Shown here in pieces: positions 52,318-64,000 of a stretch of 64,000 bases of DNA (positions within the stretch are counted from its first letter, which is position 1; each line of letters opens with the position of its first letter). Under the pieces are notes generated by a model. The model had not been told where the DNA came from. It saw only the letters and a list, made by a program, of their open reading frames with translations, and searched no databases. Both the position numbers and the translations under genes were made by a program. Source of the stretch: Paraphysomonas bandaiensis (lineage: Eukaryota > Protista > Chrysophyceae). The stretch spans positions 62,001 to 126,000 of the forward strand of contig CBFFRP010000236.1 in NCBI GenBank assembly GCA_965644295.1, read 5' to 3'.

Positions 52318-52900
52318 TATGGTAATATTGACGGGTCCTTAAACGGGTATTCTCTTGTTGGCACTAGAGATAGCTTCTTGATGATATTTGACTCCAATGG
52401 CAATATTGTTGTCAGTTAGTATAATATTAAACACAATCCACAAATGCACAAATCATTTTTTCTAATGCTTTTCTTAGTACGAGGGACAGTTTGGTTATGG
52501 AACTACCGATACTGCGACCTGTTTAGCAGATGAATATGTGTCTGGAGGGAATACCTACAATGTGAGTGTTTGTGTCATTACTATTTAATTGATTCATTGA
52601 CAACTGCTTATCGATCAAAGGTGTATGCTATCGGCCACTCCTATTGAGATGTGGCGGGACAGGAGGCGCACTTATCTGGCTCTCATGACATCTTCTTCAG
52701 GAAATACAATTTCGAACCCACGTCTTCACTAACCTCTGTTCCGTCCACAACTGTTTCCTCGTCCCTACCTTCAGCACTTCCCACCTCATCCCTTCCGTCA
52801 GCACTACCATCCTCGCCCCCATCAGGACTGCCCACCTCGCCATCTGGATAGCACACCAGTCCGTCGCCACAACCTTCGAGCGCACCCACAGGCCTAGTGA
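52318..52900 (+). pseudogene. Pseudogene of an SBBP-type beta-propeller protein with a Pro/Thr/Ser stalk
   Basis: Spliced translation YGNIDGSLNGYSLVGTRDSFLMIFDSNGNIV/YEGQFGYGTTDTATC...YN/VYAIGHSY*DVAG...SGSHDIFFRKYN followed by a PSS/PTS repeat. In-frame TGA at 52645-52647 (Gly expected) and TAG at 52849-52851. No intact 5' end. Confidence 0.65.
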
Positions 52901-54602
52901 TTTACCACTATGCGTTGGTGTTGGGAAGTTCTGTGTCATTGGCTCAGCAACATTTCAGTACGTTAATGTTTTAATGTGTGATTCTTGCACATGAGTATAT
53001 AAACAGACAACAGACATACACATATAAACAGAGTACAATTGTAATTATGATTGTCTGGAATGCGCTGAGTACACATTTTGCACAGATGGCCCTTGAGTTA
53101 TCGTGAAGCAAACTACACGGGATAATGTCCCGGGTCTTCCTATCACAGATGCTGAGGACTAAGGAGGAGCGAATATATATGCCAGTGAGACGTATCTATC
53201 AGAGGGTAGCATATGTGTTGTAGACAACAAAAGATTTATGTAATGATATTTGTATGTGCATGTTTAGAATCGGGATTATTTTTTCAATCGTCTCAGTGGA
53301 AACTCCAAGAGACTTTCACCATATGCAATGTGGGAGACCTCATTCAGTGGCTTTGAGATACGAACAGCAATGAAGTAAAGGGATTCCTGTGCCAAGGTAT
53401 ATAAGTGTATTCAGTCAATGGTGTTACCATGAAGATAATTGATATGTAAACACACTATTAGTCATTGCGTAGCTAATACATAGCCAACAGATAAAGATAC
53501 TAAAGTGAAGCAACTACTAGCTACTCACAGTCAAATGGCAGGATTTGGACGGAAGCGGGAACACTTCCTGATGGTAGTTATTATAGTGGACTCAGTGATC
53601 AGATGTGGAGCATCTTTTTTTGGGTAATTAAAGTCATGCTCATAAATATATCATTTCGATCCACCCATCCTCTGGTAACTTGCGTTATTTCAAGTTGTTG
53701 GTTGTCTGTAAAAGTATCAAATGCCTTTTTTGTTGAACACAGAGAAGCGGAGGGTAGTGTAGTCTTCTTCATAAAGTAGCTGTACCAGAATATGCTTTAG
53801 ATGGACGATAATTTGAGAAATTACTATAATAATATTTTAATGATATACAGTTATAATAATCTATTGAGAGGTTGCTACTTTAGTTTCCTGGAAGCATATA
53901 ATATCAGCATGTAAATCATTGAGAACATGATCTAAACCATCATGATAATATATACATAATGATTTAATACCATTAATATTCCATGTACATATATTTAATT
54001 ATGTATCTATTGACATAAGTATGGTATGCGGTATGTAATATCAATTAATGACTTGTGTAATATCTAGATATCTAGATGTGATATGGGCTCTATATATGAG
54101 GTGTGTGTGTATGTATGTGTATGTACCTTGGACAATGGCGGTATATATCAGAGACAGATCTCAATCAACAGATACCCCTTAAACATTACGTTCTCTTCTA
54201 CAGGTGACTATAGATGTGGTTGATCTTATGCAGGATTAATGAACAGTTACTTCTATATGAAACATGCGTGTCGACTACTACACACAAACAAGTATTAGAC
54301 AGTCTGCTCATATTGTCTCAAACAATCATGTTCTTCTCATCATACAATGGCTGATGCCATTCCGCCAGTAGTTTGACCTCGTCAGTAGCTTCAATCGGGG
54401 GGGGGGTGTCGACACGTATTGGAGACTTCAGAGTGGCACGAAATTCTGTTTCGAAGGCTTCTAACAGTCTTGTAGACGAGCAGGATAATGCGGGACATTC
54501 CAAGAGGGATTATCCAGATGAAATGATAAGTGCTTACATTGTTCCAATGTTAACTCCTGTGTAGAGTTCTTGGAAGCAGGAAGGGCCATGGTGACAAGAA
54601 AG

Positions 54603-55912
54603 AAGTCGAGGTAATGCCAAAACCTGGTGAAATTTTTGGTGATGGTCGGAAAAGGGTATTATAACTATGCATAATAAGTAACTATGAAGTTAATAACAGT
54701 GTGAAAAGTATTATTTATAATATTTTTTACTAATTTCTTCCATATTACTTCAGTTTTACAGCAATAAAAGTCACCGACTGCACACATATATTATACGGTT
54801 CAAGCTATTCCGTCAAGCATAATATAAAGCTATTCTTTGTGCGATATCCCACTACTACGTCGACGTTTTCCGGTCACAACATTCTCAGATGAGAGAGCGC
54901 CTTGATCCACCCATTCGGTTGTAGGCTCTGTCACTATTTTCCATTGCTGTTTTTTAGTCCTTTTCTTTGACGAAGTTACTGTATAATACATAATATATTA
55001 TAACGTTTACATTATGTAGTAATACAGTAGATTTATATGAAAAGTACTAATATAGTACAATATTTTAGTAAAATATTTTTAAAATATTATATTATAATTG
55101 AAAATATACAAACAACAGAATTGTAATTATCATTCACCCTAGTCTTCTAATAAGTACATATACAACACTTTTGCATATATGAAACCTGGTGAAATCACTT
55201 TAGCAGGTTTCATGATCAACCGACTTATAATAATCATATTATTATTATATATACTAACCTTTTATGTGTTTCAAGTAACTTGCCGCTAGGTTGTTGTCAT
55301 ACTGTCCATCATTATATTTGATATCGTAAGTATTGTCGCTGTGTACCTGAGAATATATATCTCTTACATTTATTGATTAAATATATGTGTTACACATGTC
55401 GCTGCTTACCTCAGAAATAATACCTCTTAAATTCGTGGCGACATATCCAACGACCACTCGGAGGAAGAGGTACCGCGAAAGTGCACGAGCAGGGTAAGTA
55501 GTACTGTTCATAAAGATGATGGCTGGGCGTCGAATCCCAGCAGAAAGCAGATCTGATACCTCCCGCTGTTGCTGAACTTCGTCAGGAAATGATGTCCGGA
55601 CTAGCAGAACTTCGTGATCTTTTAATGAGAAAAAATGATGATCCTCCACCTGCTTATGATCCTCCACCTCTACTAGTACTGTGCCCCCAACGGCTGTAGC
55701 CGCGTCGTCTCAGAGCATACTAATACTACTACTGTAAGTAGTAGTGGTGAAGATAGCTTTATGCGTATGCATTGTATCCTAAACCAGGCTATTCGGTTGG
55801 AGCTTTTGCAATCTCAAGAGAGGCAAATGCAATCTCAGATACAAATTACAGTAAAATAATAACTCAATACTTAGATATGAAACTTTACCAGGTTTTGGTA
55901 TTACCTCGACTT
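54603..55912 (-). mobile_element. ~1.3-kb degenerate TIR DNA transposon, probably PIF/Harbinger-ISL2EU (DDE_Tnp_4-like)
   Basis: ~32-bp TIRs AAGTCGAGGTAATGCCAAAACCTGGTGAAATTT vs the reverse complement AAGTCGAGGTAATACCAAAACCTGGTAAAGTTT. Possible 3-bp TSD AAG (54600-54602 / 55913-55915). Frameshifted minus-strand remnant VTSSKKRTKKQQW..DRAYNRMGGSRRSLI/ENVVTG at ~54865-54980. Confidence 0.75.
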
Positions 55913-56515
55913 AAGGTTAGAGATTGTGAGAATCCGCTACCAAGTTAAGGTACGAAGTACTGACTTTGTGAATTGAGAGATTTCAGATGTAACATAACAA
56001 TGCATTGTACTAATTGTATGGGTATGCATGTAGGTGATGTATTAACGATTCATTCAAAGTGCGTCATCCGTATGTAATAAGGAAACTACAGCGGAGTTTT
56101 ATACTTCAGCTTTGAGAGAAAAATGAATTATACAGAAAATTATTCTCAATTAAATGTGCTAAATTGAAAAATCATAAGTACCGTATTGCGATATTCTCTT
56201 AACTCATTGGCACTATGACTACTGTCGTTACGAGGTGGAGGATTGGTAGCCATTTCTCACAGTGCCTTACACGGTCGTCGTGTGAGTGTACAGACAAAAT
56301 GGTATTGATAAAAGTATCTCACTCTACTGTAAATATATAGTAACAAGCGAATTATACCACTGGATAAATTTATTCAAATTCGACTAGAAGAATTCAGAGT
56401 AGAAAGTAAACTTCTGAATATAAAGTCACGCATAATTAATTCTCATTTACTCGCAACGAATCAACTAAAATTGAAAATATAGATAACTCCAAATAAAACT
56501 CACGCACAAATAATA

Positions 56516-59500
56516 TTACTTTTTCCGCATCCTTGACCCCGACATGGCTGCAACAACAGGTTTAGTCGGCTTATACTGATCGAATCTGTTCGAGTGTACT
56601 CTCTGTAAGACTTCAGGCCGATAGGGAACAGATGATGTAGGGGAGCGGCTTCGTGTGGGGGAACGACTTGACGACCGTGAACGCGAGTGCTCACTGCCAT
56701 TGCATGTACTGGGTGACCGCGACCTGGATCGAGACTTCGATCGTTCGCGGCCGCCATTCGACTCCCGGTGGTGGCGGCTTTCTCGCCCACTTTCTCGTGC
56801 CGACTTTCGGTATTTGTCTTCACTCCTGCTCCTATGCCGATGTCCGTGGCGTTGAGATGGTGGAGAAAGGCTACGTGCCCGAGGCATCTCTGGGTTGTTT
56901 TCTCGGTTCTCAAACTGGACCGAACGCGCACTTGATACACGCCGTAACCCCGTTTCATCACCGCGGGGAGAAGCAAACGGACGGTGACTTACGATACTCT
57001 GAGAATTCCTCAACTGTGGAGAAGGGGGCCTATCAAGCGGGGCATCCCCACTGGGATATATGGTCGGGCGTTCTGTTAGAGATTCGGGCTCTGCACGCTC
57101 ATCTATGCTTTCTCTATCAGCTTTGGTAACAATTGTCGTAACACTCGAGTAATCACCACTTGTAGTATTAGTTGGTCGAGATGAGAACACATTTCCACTG
57201 GATTTTGACCGAATAAAGTTCCCCATTCGACCAAACATAGAGGACGTAGTTGTGACTGTGTCAGCAACACTAGATTCTCTAGCTTCTTGAGATGCTCTGC
57301 CATAGTTGCCTTTGAGTGCGTACTGTTCACTACCAATGGCGAAGGGCTTAGTTTGGGACTTCATACCAAACAGCTTCGACATTGCAGAAGAGTCTAGCGT
57401 GGAATCATTCTTGTCTCCTTTCCCCTCATCCACTCCCTCATACAGCTGTAGTTCGCATGTATCACATACTCTCACTGGCAAGTCCGACACCGCCCGAACA
57501 ATTCTCAAATTTTTCACACACGCTTCACAGAAAATCTGCCCGCACGCACGACAGTGATGCCGTCTGCGAACGAAATTAAAGGGCCTATCACACCCGCAGC
57601 ACTGAAGCACGGCGCTGTCCTTCATCCACGTAGAGGGGGTATCTGGAAGGTCTGAGAAGTCTTCGTTTCGTCGCTGCCATCCCATCTCCCAGACTGTATT
57701 GTGCCATTTCAAAAACCATCCATTCCAAACTACGATGTTCCTTGCGCTAGCGTTCGGAACCCATATATCATTCAGAGGTGTGTAGGTATCATTGAGATAC
57801 TCATTCCTGTTCAGATTAACAAACGTCCACATTGAAACGGTATTCTCCTTCAGGGGCAATCTTTCAGCTTCACAGTTGGCGAACACGTTTCCGAACCATC
57901 CCGAAAGAGTGTGCGTTGCCAAGAAAAGCAGTAAATTCTCGTTGAATTCGAATATACTTGGTTTTTGTCTTAGGCACTGGTGCACGCAGTCAAGAAACTG
58001 GTGAAATACCGGGCTCCTCTCAGAGTCCCCCCAACCTTCATCTGACCACCCAAGACGATCCTTGAATTTGTGGCCAAACGAAAACCATTCCTTTTCCACC
58101 AAAATTTGGAATCCGTCAAATGTGCGGTAGTAAGGATCCATCATCAGCATTGATAAAGATGTTAACTGGGCAGTGCGATCCCACCCATCCGAGCAGTGGA
58201 CCAAAACTGAATACTCCTCTTTCGCGATGCAGTGGACGACTCGGGCCGCGGATGTTAGGACAGTGCTGATGTGTAATAACCATCCCGACTTGTCCAAATT
58301 CTTCATCCAGTTTACATCATCTGCACTAGAAGAGCAGCAAGCCTCCTCCATAGCATCTATCGACTTCCGCATCACATGAATATTAGCAATCCCCATAAAA
58401 ATGATTTTACAATCCTCATAGGCGCGACCCATCTCATATCCTTTTCCTACTGCCTGGTTAGCTTGTGCGTTTATCTTAGGACGAGCATCAACAATAACCA
58501 ATGGGTGAATGACCTCACCCAGTTCGTTGGTGTGAATCTGCTTTGTTCGAGTGCCTGGAAGAATCCTCTGATTATTAGTCATATTTAGCGTCTCCCCTTT
58601 CCCTGTACCAGTGTACGCTCCCGCCTGGTTAATAGCCGCTATCAAAAGTTCATCGTCGATGGATCGATTTTGCCCCAAACCGACAAGTGGTTGACTACTT
58701 CGAGTGAGAGTACAGTAGTTGGTTGGATGGCGCCATGAAAGAACAGGAAACCGCCCACGCGACCGAAATGTGGACGCCAACTCAACCCTCGTGTCATCTA
58801 CGGCTGCTGGTACACAGAGGACTGCAGGGTAAGTGGGACAAACAGAGTAAGAAGAATTACATGTTGTCAGTCGCCAGAGTGCATCTGGAATTCCAAGTCG
58901 GGCATATTCCTGAACAGGGTCATACAGTCTCCATCCAGAGGTGATTTCCAAGCACAACGGACGTCTAATTGACTCCGGAATACTGCGCATCCAGACCCTC
59001 AATCCTTGTACCGTAGGTGGGGCTACATCCGCGGCTACGGTGTCTACATCGACTGCGGATCCAGATGCTGGTCGACTAAAAGATTCTGCCCCAGATAAGT
59101 ATTCATCTAAAGTAGAATCAATCGTTGAGGCTCGCCCCTCCTTAATGGCATCGGGTCCATCGATACCCCTCTTCACTATATCCATTAGTTCACTGTGTAT
59201 GTTCTGCAATTCGTACACCTCGCAGGTTCGATTAATTACACGCCATTGAACTCGAAGAAACATGCGTTGACTGGGAGGGCCTTCTTTAGATTTGTGTGCT
59301 TCAAGATACATCAGTTCCTCGCCTCCCCTGGTTGATGAAGTAGAGTCCTTTCGAAGAGACGCTGGCCCACTCTCCTTCCAGGGAACATCCACAGACTGGC
59401 TCCGATTTCCTCGCCTTGAGGGTTTGGCAAACATCCCCCTCCCAATATTGAAACTTCCACGCCTTTGAAAGGTAGAGGGGGAATCTACAGATTGAGGCTG

Positions 59501-60994
59501 TGCCAAGCGGCTTTTGGAAGCGCCAAGTCCGGAAAACATTTGCATCGCCCGAGAGTCATTGGCTCCATAAAATAAGAACGAAAATATCTAAAGGTATTTA
59601 GATTACTTCAAAGGTACAAAATTACTACATATGGTGGTACAGGCTTCATACATGTGATATATCGATAAAACGCAGATAACGGTGAAGACTTAAGTAATAT
59701 ACACAACACATACCCTCGAATCGTTGGTCTTTATGGTAATGGCATCAAGCATCGTCGACCCAGATGTGGGATGGGGGTCCGGTTCCTGTTTGAGGTCTAT
59801 ACTAACGATAGAGGCGAGAGGTACTAATGTTGTTAGTTCTGCAGAACCATGCATGTCACTGTGATACTCATTCGCAAATGCTACCAGGGAGTGTGCGACA
59901 AAAATCAACCTGTAGTTAGTCAGCAGTAACACCCCGTCAGAATATATGATGCTGCTGCCTCCTTTGTCGTAGGGTTTTAACGACACCATTAGAGATATAT
60001 CTTCTAATTCCTCAGTTTCTAGTGGTGGAAAGCGGGTAGGAAAGCGACCAGCAAGCCCCAAGAGAGAATCAGAGCTCCTCTCATTTCCACTAGATTCCGT
60101 TCCTGTACTATCATGATTCCCAGTGGAATTCTCCACCTGTACCTTATCGCTAGTCAACGGAATATAAGGATTCTTTGCTTCGGTTTTAACCTCAGCAATT
60201 GCCTGTAGCTCTTCTAAAATCTTCCAAGCATTTTGGTCTCGCTCTTTATCACAGAATGCACTAATTTTTATTTCGCCCGTCACGTGGGATCGGGATGACC
60301 GCTTACCGAGATTGTACCACTTTGCCACCCGATTTCCATGACGAAGAGGGAGTATAGGGATGTACACAACACCCAGAAAGCTATCCCGGGCAGATAGCAT
60401 CGGATCAGCATCCCACACGTCAACCCGAGCATATCTAAGCTCCGGTGACCATACAAAACAGAACTCCTCTTCCCACACAGGATTCAACTCTTTCTTGATC
60501 ACCTTAGTTGTGTGTGTATCACAGTCCAGACTAACCCTGGCGTAAGTGTCCATCGAACCTTTAGCTGTCAGATTCCTTGCTTGTACTACTTTAATATGTA
60601 CCTCACACAACATTGAAGTTTTTTTCTTTATATTGTTGGTGTCCTTCGAAGTCATTCCCGGTAGTTCTATACTTGGGCTGCTAGGGTCCATATAAGCAGC
60701 CTGTGAGCGAATCCGAGATATAGCCCGATCTAATCCGGTCATCCACATTTCCTGATCTATAATATTATCCGCATTCATATACAACGTGCGACCATCTTTC
60801 TGTGTTAAACAGAAACAATATCTACGTAATCGAGCAGATTCTACTTTAGTATCTGCAGTGAGTATATACTCTCCCTTAAGAGGCCCTCCATCATATACAT
60901 AATATGACAGTGTATTATTATGTAAAACAAAAAATCTTCGATGCCATGTTTTAATTCTTGTCCCACGTTTTGTTAGAATACCCGTAATATCCAT
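56516..60994 (-). CDS. Myotubularin-family phosphoinositide 3-phosphatase: PH-C2-GRAM-MTM-FYVE plus RS-rich tail (~1,450 aa)
   Basis: Exons 60994-59714 and 59587-56516, phase-0 intron 59588-59713. PH: GILTKRGTRIKTWHRRFFVL..W. C2: VVQARNL..DTY..LNPVWEEEF..VWDAD..FLG. GRAM: GVLLLTNYRLIF. Catalytic VHCSDGWDRTAQ. FYVE: RRHHCRACG. Confidence 0.95.
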
Positions 60995-62008
60995 ATTATT
61001 AATGTTTAATTGATGTATTTAGTAATAAATCATATGAAACCACTGCTGTGTGTATATAGAGAGATATTCAATGTAAAGCAGTATTAAAGTTTGTTTTGTA
61101 TAGTATGTTATTGATTTGAAGGGTTGAGTTACTAGAAGATTGAAGTTATTACAATGATGGGTTGATATTAAGGTAAAGTGAGGGAGATAGATATGTATGT
61201 ATGTATGTATGTATGGAGTGAGACGATAGCAGTGTGGTTGATACCAGTAACAAACACTCACAAGTGTAGTTGCATATACACACTATACACTATACACAAT
61301 ACACACCAAGTGTCATGCTGCTGTACGTATCTATATACCATGCAATGTAAAGCAGTATTTTTTTGGTAACAATAAGACTATATATCACAGTTTTTCAATT
61401 TCTAGAATGAAAAAGTTAAGGAATTAAAAATAAAAGGCAATTTTTCAAGATTTTTTCATCCTTTTCGACTGTTTTGTTTTCGCCAACACTTCGTACAAAA
61501 ATATCAGGCCACCTCACCTCTTCAGCAGTGGGGTTTGCAGTCCATCAATCCACTCAGTCCAATAGAAAATTAGGGATTTTTCTATAATTCTTTAAAAAAT
61601 CCAAATTTTCCCCATCAACTATGCTGATGTTGAGTACAAAACCTTGTAGAAGTGAGAAAGACTTCTCACACATATGTATGTACAGCAGTACAGAGTATTA
61701 TACAGACATCCTCATATAGTACTTTGTACTTGCAAAAAATCCAATCGCTCGAAAGTATAGACCATGTACACATGTCTAAATACATACCTATAGCTACTGT
61801 ATATATGCCAATCCCTCCATCTCCTTCATATAACCACAGCGACCACAGCAGTACATACATATAGTCATCTAGTCCATATAGCTACAGATTCTATTAAGTA
61901 AACCATCAGTCTTCATATCATCCTTATATTAACATATATATATATTCTACATGAAATTAATTCATTGAATCCTATCATCAATCCACTCATAGAGATATCA
62001 GACAGTGA
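60995..62008. promoter_or_regulatory. Divergent promoter region (myotubularin / cyclin Y)
   Basis: ~1-kb head-to-head gap; poly-A/T core at 61380-61620 with CCAATAG and TAGGGATTT motifs, flanked by TGTA/TACA tracts. Confidence 0.5.
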
Positions 62009-63264
62009 ATGAACATGCCTCCACCCACCACTAATACAGTTGATAAATATAAATGTATGTATATATATACACATTCTTATATATTCTCTTAATATATACA
62101 TATAATACAGTAGGAAAGAGCCCTACCGGAGTAATGGAATCAAGTTCAAACTATCGACAAGATGAGAAATCTTCAGATACTGATAAGAAAGTGAGATTTA
62201 CAGAAGAAAACACAAGAAATCAACAAAAATTTAATCCCAGTCATGTTACTTGTACACCTAGTTTACAGAAAATAAGATATAAAGATCCAAAAGAACGGGC
62301 ACCAGAGGTTGTGGCACCTGCAAGCTCTCTTGTACGACCTAATTATGAAGACATACTCAAGCGTGTTTCTGTGGTATTGCACAAACACATCACAACTTGT
62401 GAAGAAAGGTACCGGAATTCCACCCCGGATAGTCACGAAACTGGCCTCTTTCACAACAGCAAGATGGAAATGTTTGCGGAGGATAATTTCATTTCACCGG
62501 TGTATGTATACCACTTTGTCCGTTTCCCTGCAGCACGTATTGGGTTTTGCCATGGCATGCGTAAACTGCAGTCTACGTACTCCGTCCCCTCTCTTGCTGA
62601 TGTCCATACTTTCCTCCGAAAACTCTTTGGAGAAGCTCAACTGAGCGCGGAGTGTAGCATAGTGTGTCTTATATACGTCGAACGATTGATGGAACAAGCA
62701 AATGTTCCACTGATGTCCAAAACCTGGCGCCCGGTTGTTATGTGTGGTCTCCTTCTCGCCTCCAAGGTGTGGCAAGACCTCAGGTAAGCTGTTATGTGCT
62801 CATTTTTACTTATAAAGCTGTAACTTTTTATATCTTTGTTGTCAATGGTACAGCTCTTGGAATAGTGAGGTAGCGCAGATATTCCCTCAGTTCACCCTAC
62901 AGAACATTAATCGTTTGGAGCGCACCTTTTGTCACAATATCAAATGGGATCTTTATATATCGAGCAGTTTGTATGCTAAGTATTACTTTGCTCTCCGCTC
63001 CCTCACAGAGAAGACTGACTTCAGGAGGTAAGTATAACAGCTCTGATGTTTTCAATGATGTATACTGTGCATGGTCCTTACAGTATGTACATTTACCCAA
63101 CTATTGTGCTGTTTTCAATTAATTGCTTATATACGTGAATAACACTGGTACGCAGAAATTATAACACCATGGTTCTCGAAGCTCCCGGGGCTCAGCAAGT
63201 AGCCATCAGGAGTGAAAATGTGAAAGAGACGATGCTCCATACAACCTTATCTCGGAGTTACTAA
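62009..63264 (+). CDS. CCNY: Cyclin Y-like protein (~333 aa)
   Basis: Introns 62055-62110, 62784-62853 and 63028-63155. Cyclin-Y signatures LFGEAQLSAECSIVCLIYVERL, LLASKVWQDLSSWN and SSLYAKYYFALR. Confidence 0.92.
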
Positions 63265-64000
63265 TCGTCTGTTCATTTATGTATAGTGGTAGTATGTTTA
63301 GCTTCGCGGGGACCAGAAAATAACGCACCCAATTCCGAAAATGTATGGTTTCTTGTATAGTAATAACAATAAGCATTTTAGTATTTGCTGCTAATGCACC
63401 TTGAGGAACTTTCTGCAGACTAGCATTTCGTATACTAGTTTATTTACCTGTTAAAATACAGTTAACTCTTACATACTAGTTGATGCATCATTGACATGTA
63501 TCGCTGTAGTTAGTATCTATTTTATTGCAATGAAACACCTTAAAAATAAGACACTACATCATATTTGGAAGGAATATAACACACAGAAATTCTGAAAATA
63601 CTGTATCTATTGAGGATATGATGTGTAAAGAAAATATTGGTACTACTGAAGCAACCACATCATCACTAGTTTGCTATCGCCTGTAATACAAAAACATAAC
63701 TTCAACAGCTTCATTCCATAAAACCGGACTCACAAGTCCCATTCATGCAGTATATAAAATCAATGAAGAACGAAAGCACTTTTATTCATATTAATATTGT
63801 ATTACTCGCCATAACTACCTAATTACAAGAAAACAAGTGAACGTGCACCACACTTAAGCAATGGGATCAAGCTAATATACATCCACACCCACAACTGCAC
63901 TACTACATTAGGCAAGAACACAAAACAATTGTTTCGAAGGAATCACTTTTTCAGGTAGCGTAGAGCACGAAGCCCACCCCCAGCTGCCAGTGTTTTCTCC

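Noticed and set aside
52645-52647. In-frame TGA as selenocysteine or a reassigned codon
   Set aside because: Gly is expected at this position, a TAG also interrupts the frame, and TGA is a normal terminator elsewhere (e.g. 43848-43850).
54318-54590. Short ORFs adjacent to the TIR element
   Set aside because: They are interrupted by stops and lack recognisable motifs; at most an unidentifiable decayed remnant.
63944-64000. Possible 3' end of a minus-strand gene (…GGLRALRYLKK*)
   Set aside because: It is too short and the frame is ambiguous at the window edge.
1-64000. CRISPR arrays, rRNA, tRNA, prokaryotic operons
   Set aside because: None was seen; the sequence is intron-containing eukaryotic DNA.

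Overview
Eukaryotic nuclear DNA: compact and gene-dense, with short GT-AG introns (mostly 43-64 nt). Gene content and (TACA)n-rich intergenic DNA suggest a stramenopile protist, possibly a chrysophyte (inference). Spliced gene models reconstructed by hand: (1) a partial >2,800-aa WD40/EF-hand/charged-helix protein; (2) a TFIIS-N(LW)-like protein; (3) Trm3/TARBP1 tRNA Gm18 methyltransferase; (4) a ~7,700-aa surface receptor with a single 22.4-kb exon (signal peptide, 3 jelly-roll-like repeats, bacterial-type cadherin-like domains, IPT/TIG super-repeats, GCC2/GCC3 Cys repeats, multi-TM, cytoplasmic tail); (5) head-to-head with it, a PH-ankyrin-FYVE protein ending in a tomosyn/amisyn-like R-SNARE motif; (6) a 7TM-TKL kinase fusion; (7) a PH-C2-GRAM-myotubularin-FYVE protein with an RS tail; (8) cyclin Y. 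The 49-56 kb interval is accessory: an orphan ORF, a CCCH zinc-finger ORF, an SBBP/PTS pseudogene and a 1.3-kb TIR element with transposase-like remnants. There is also a 127-bp hAT-type MITE with a perfect 8-bp TSD, inserted into a two-copy repeat whose internal module is inverted between copies. No rRNA, tRNA or CRISPR was seen.
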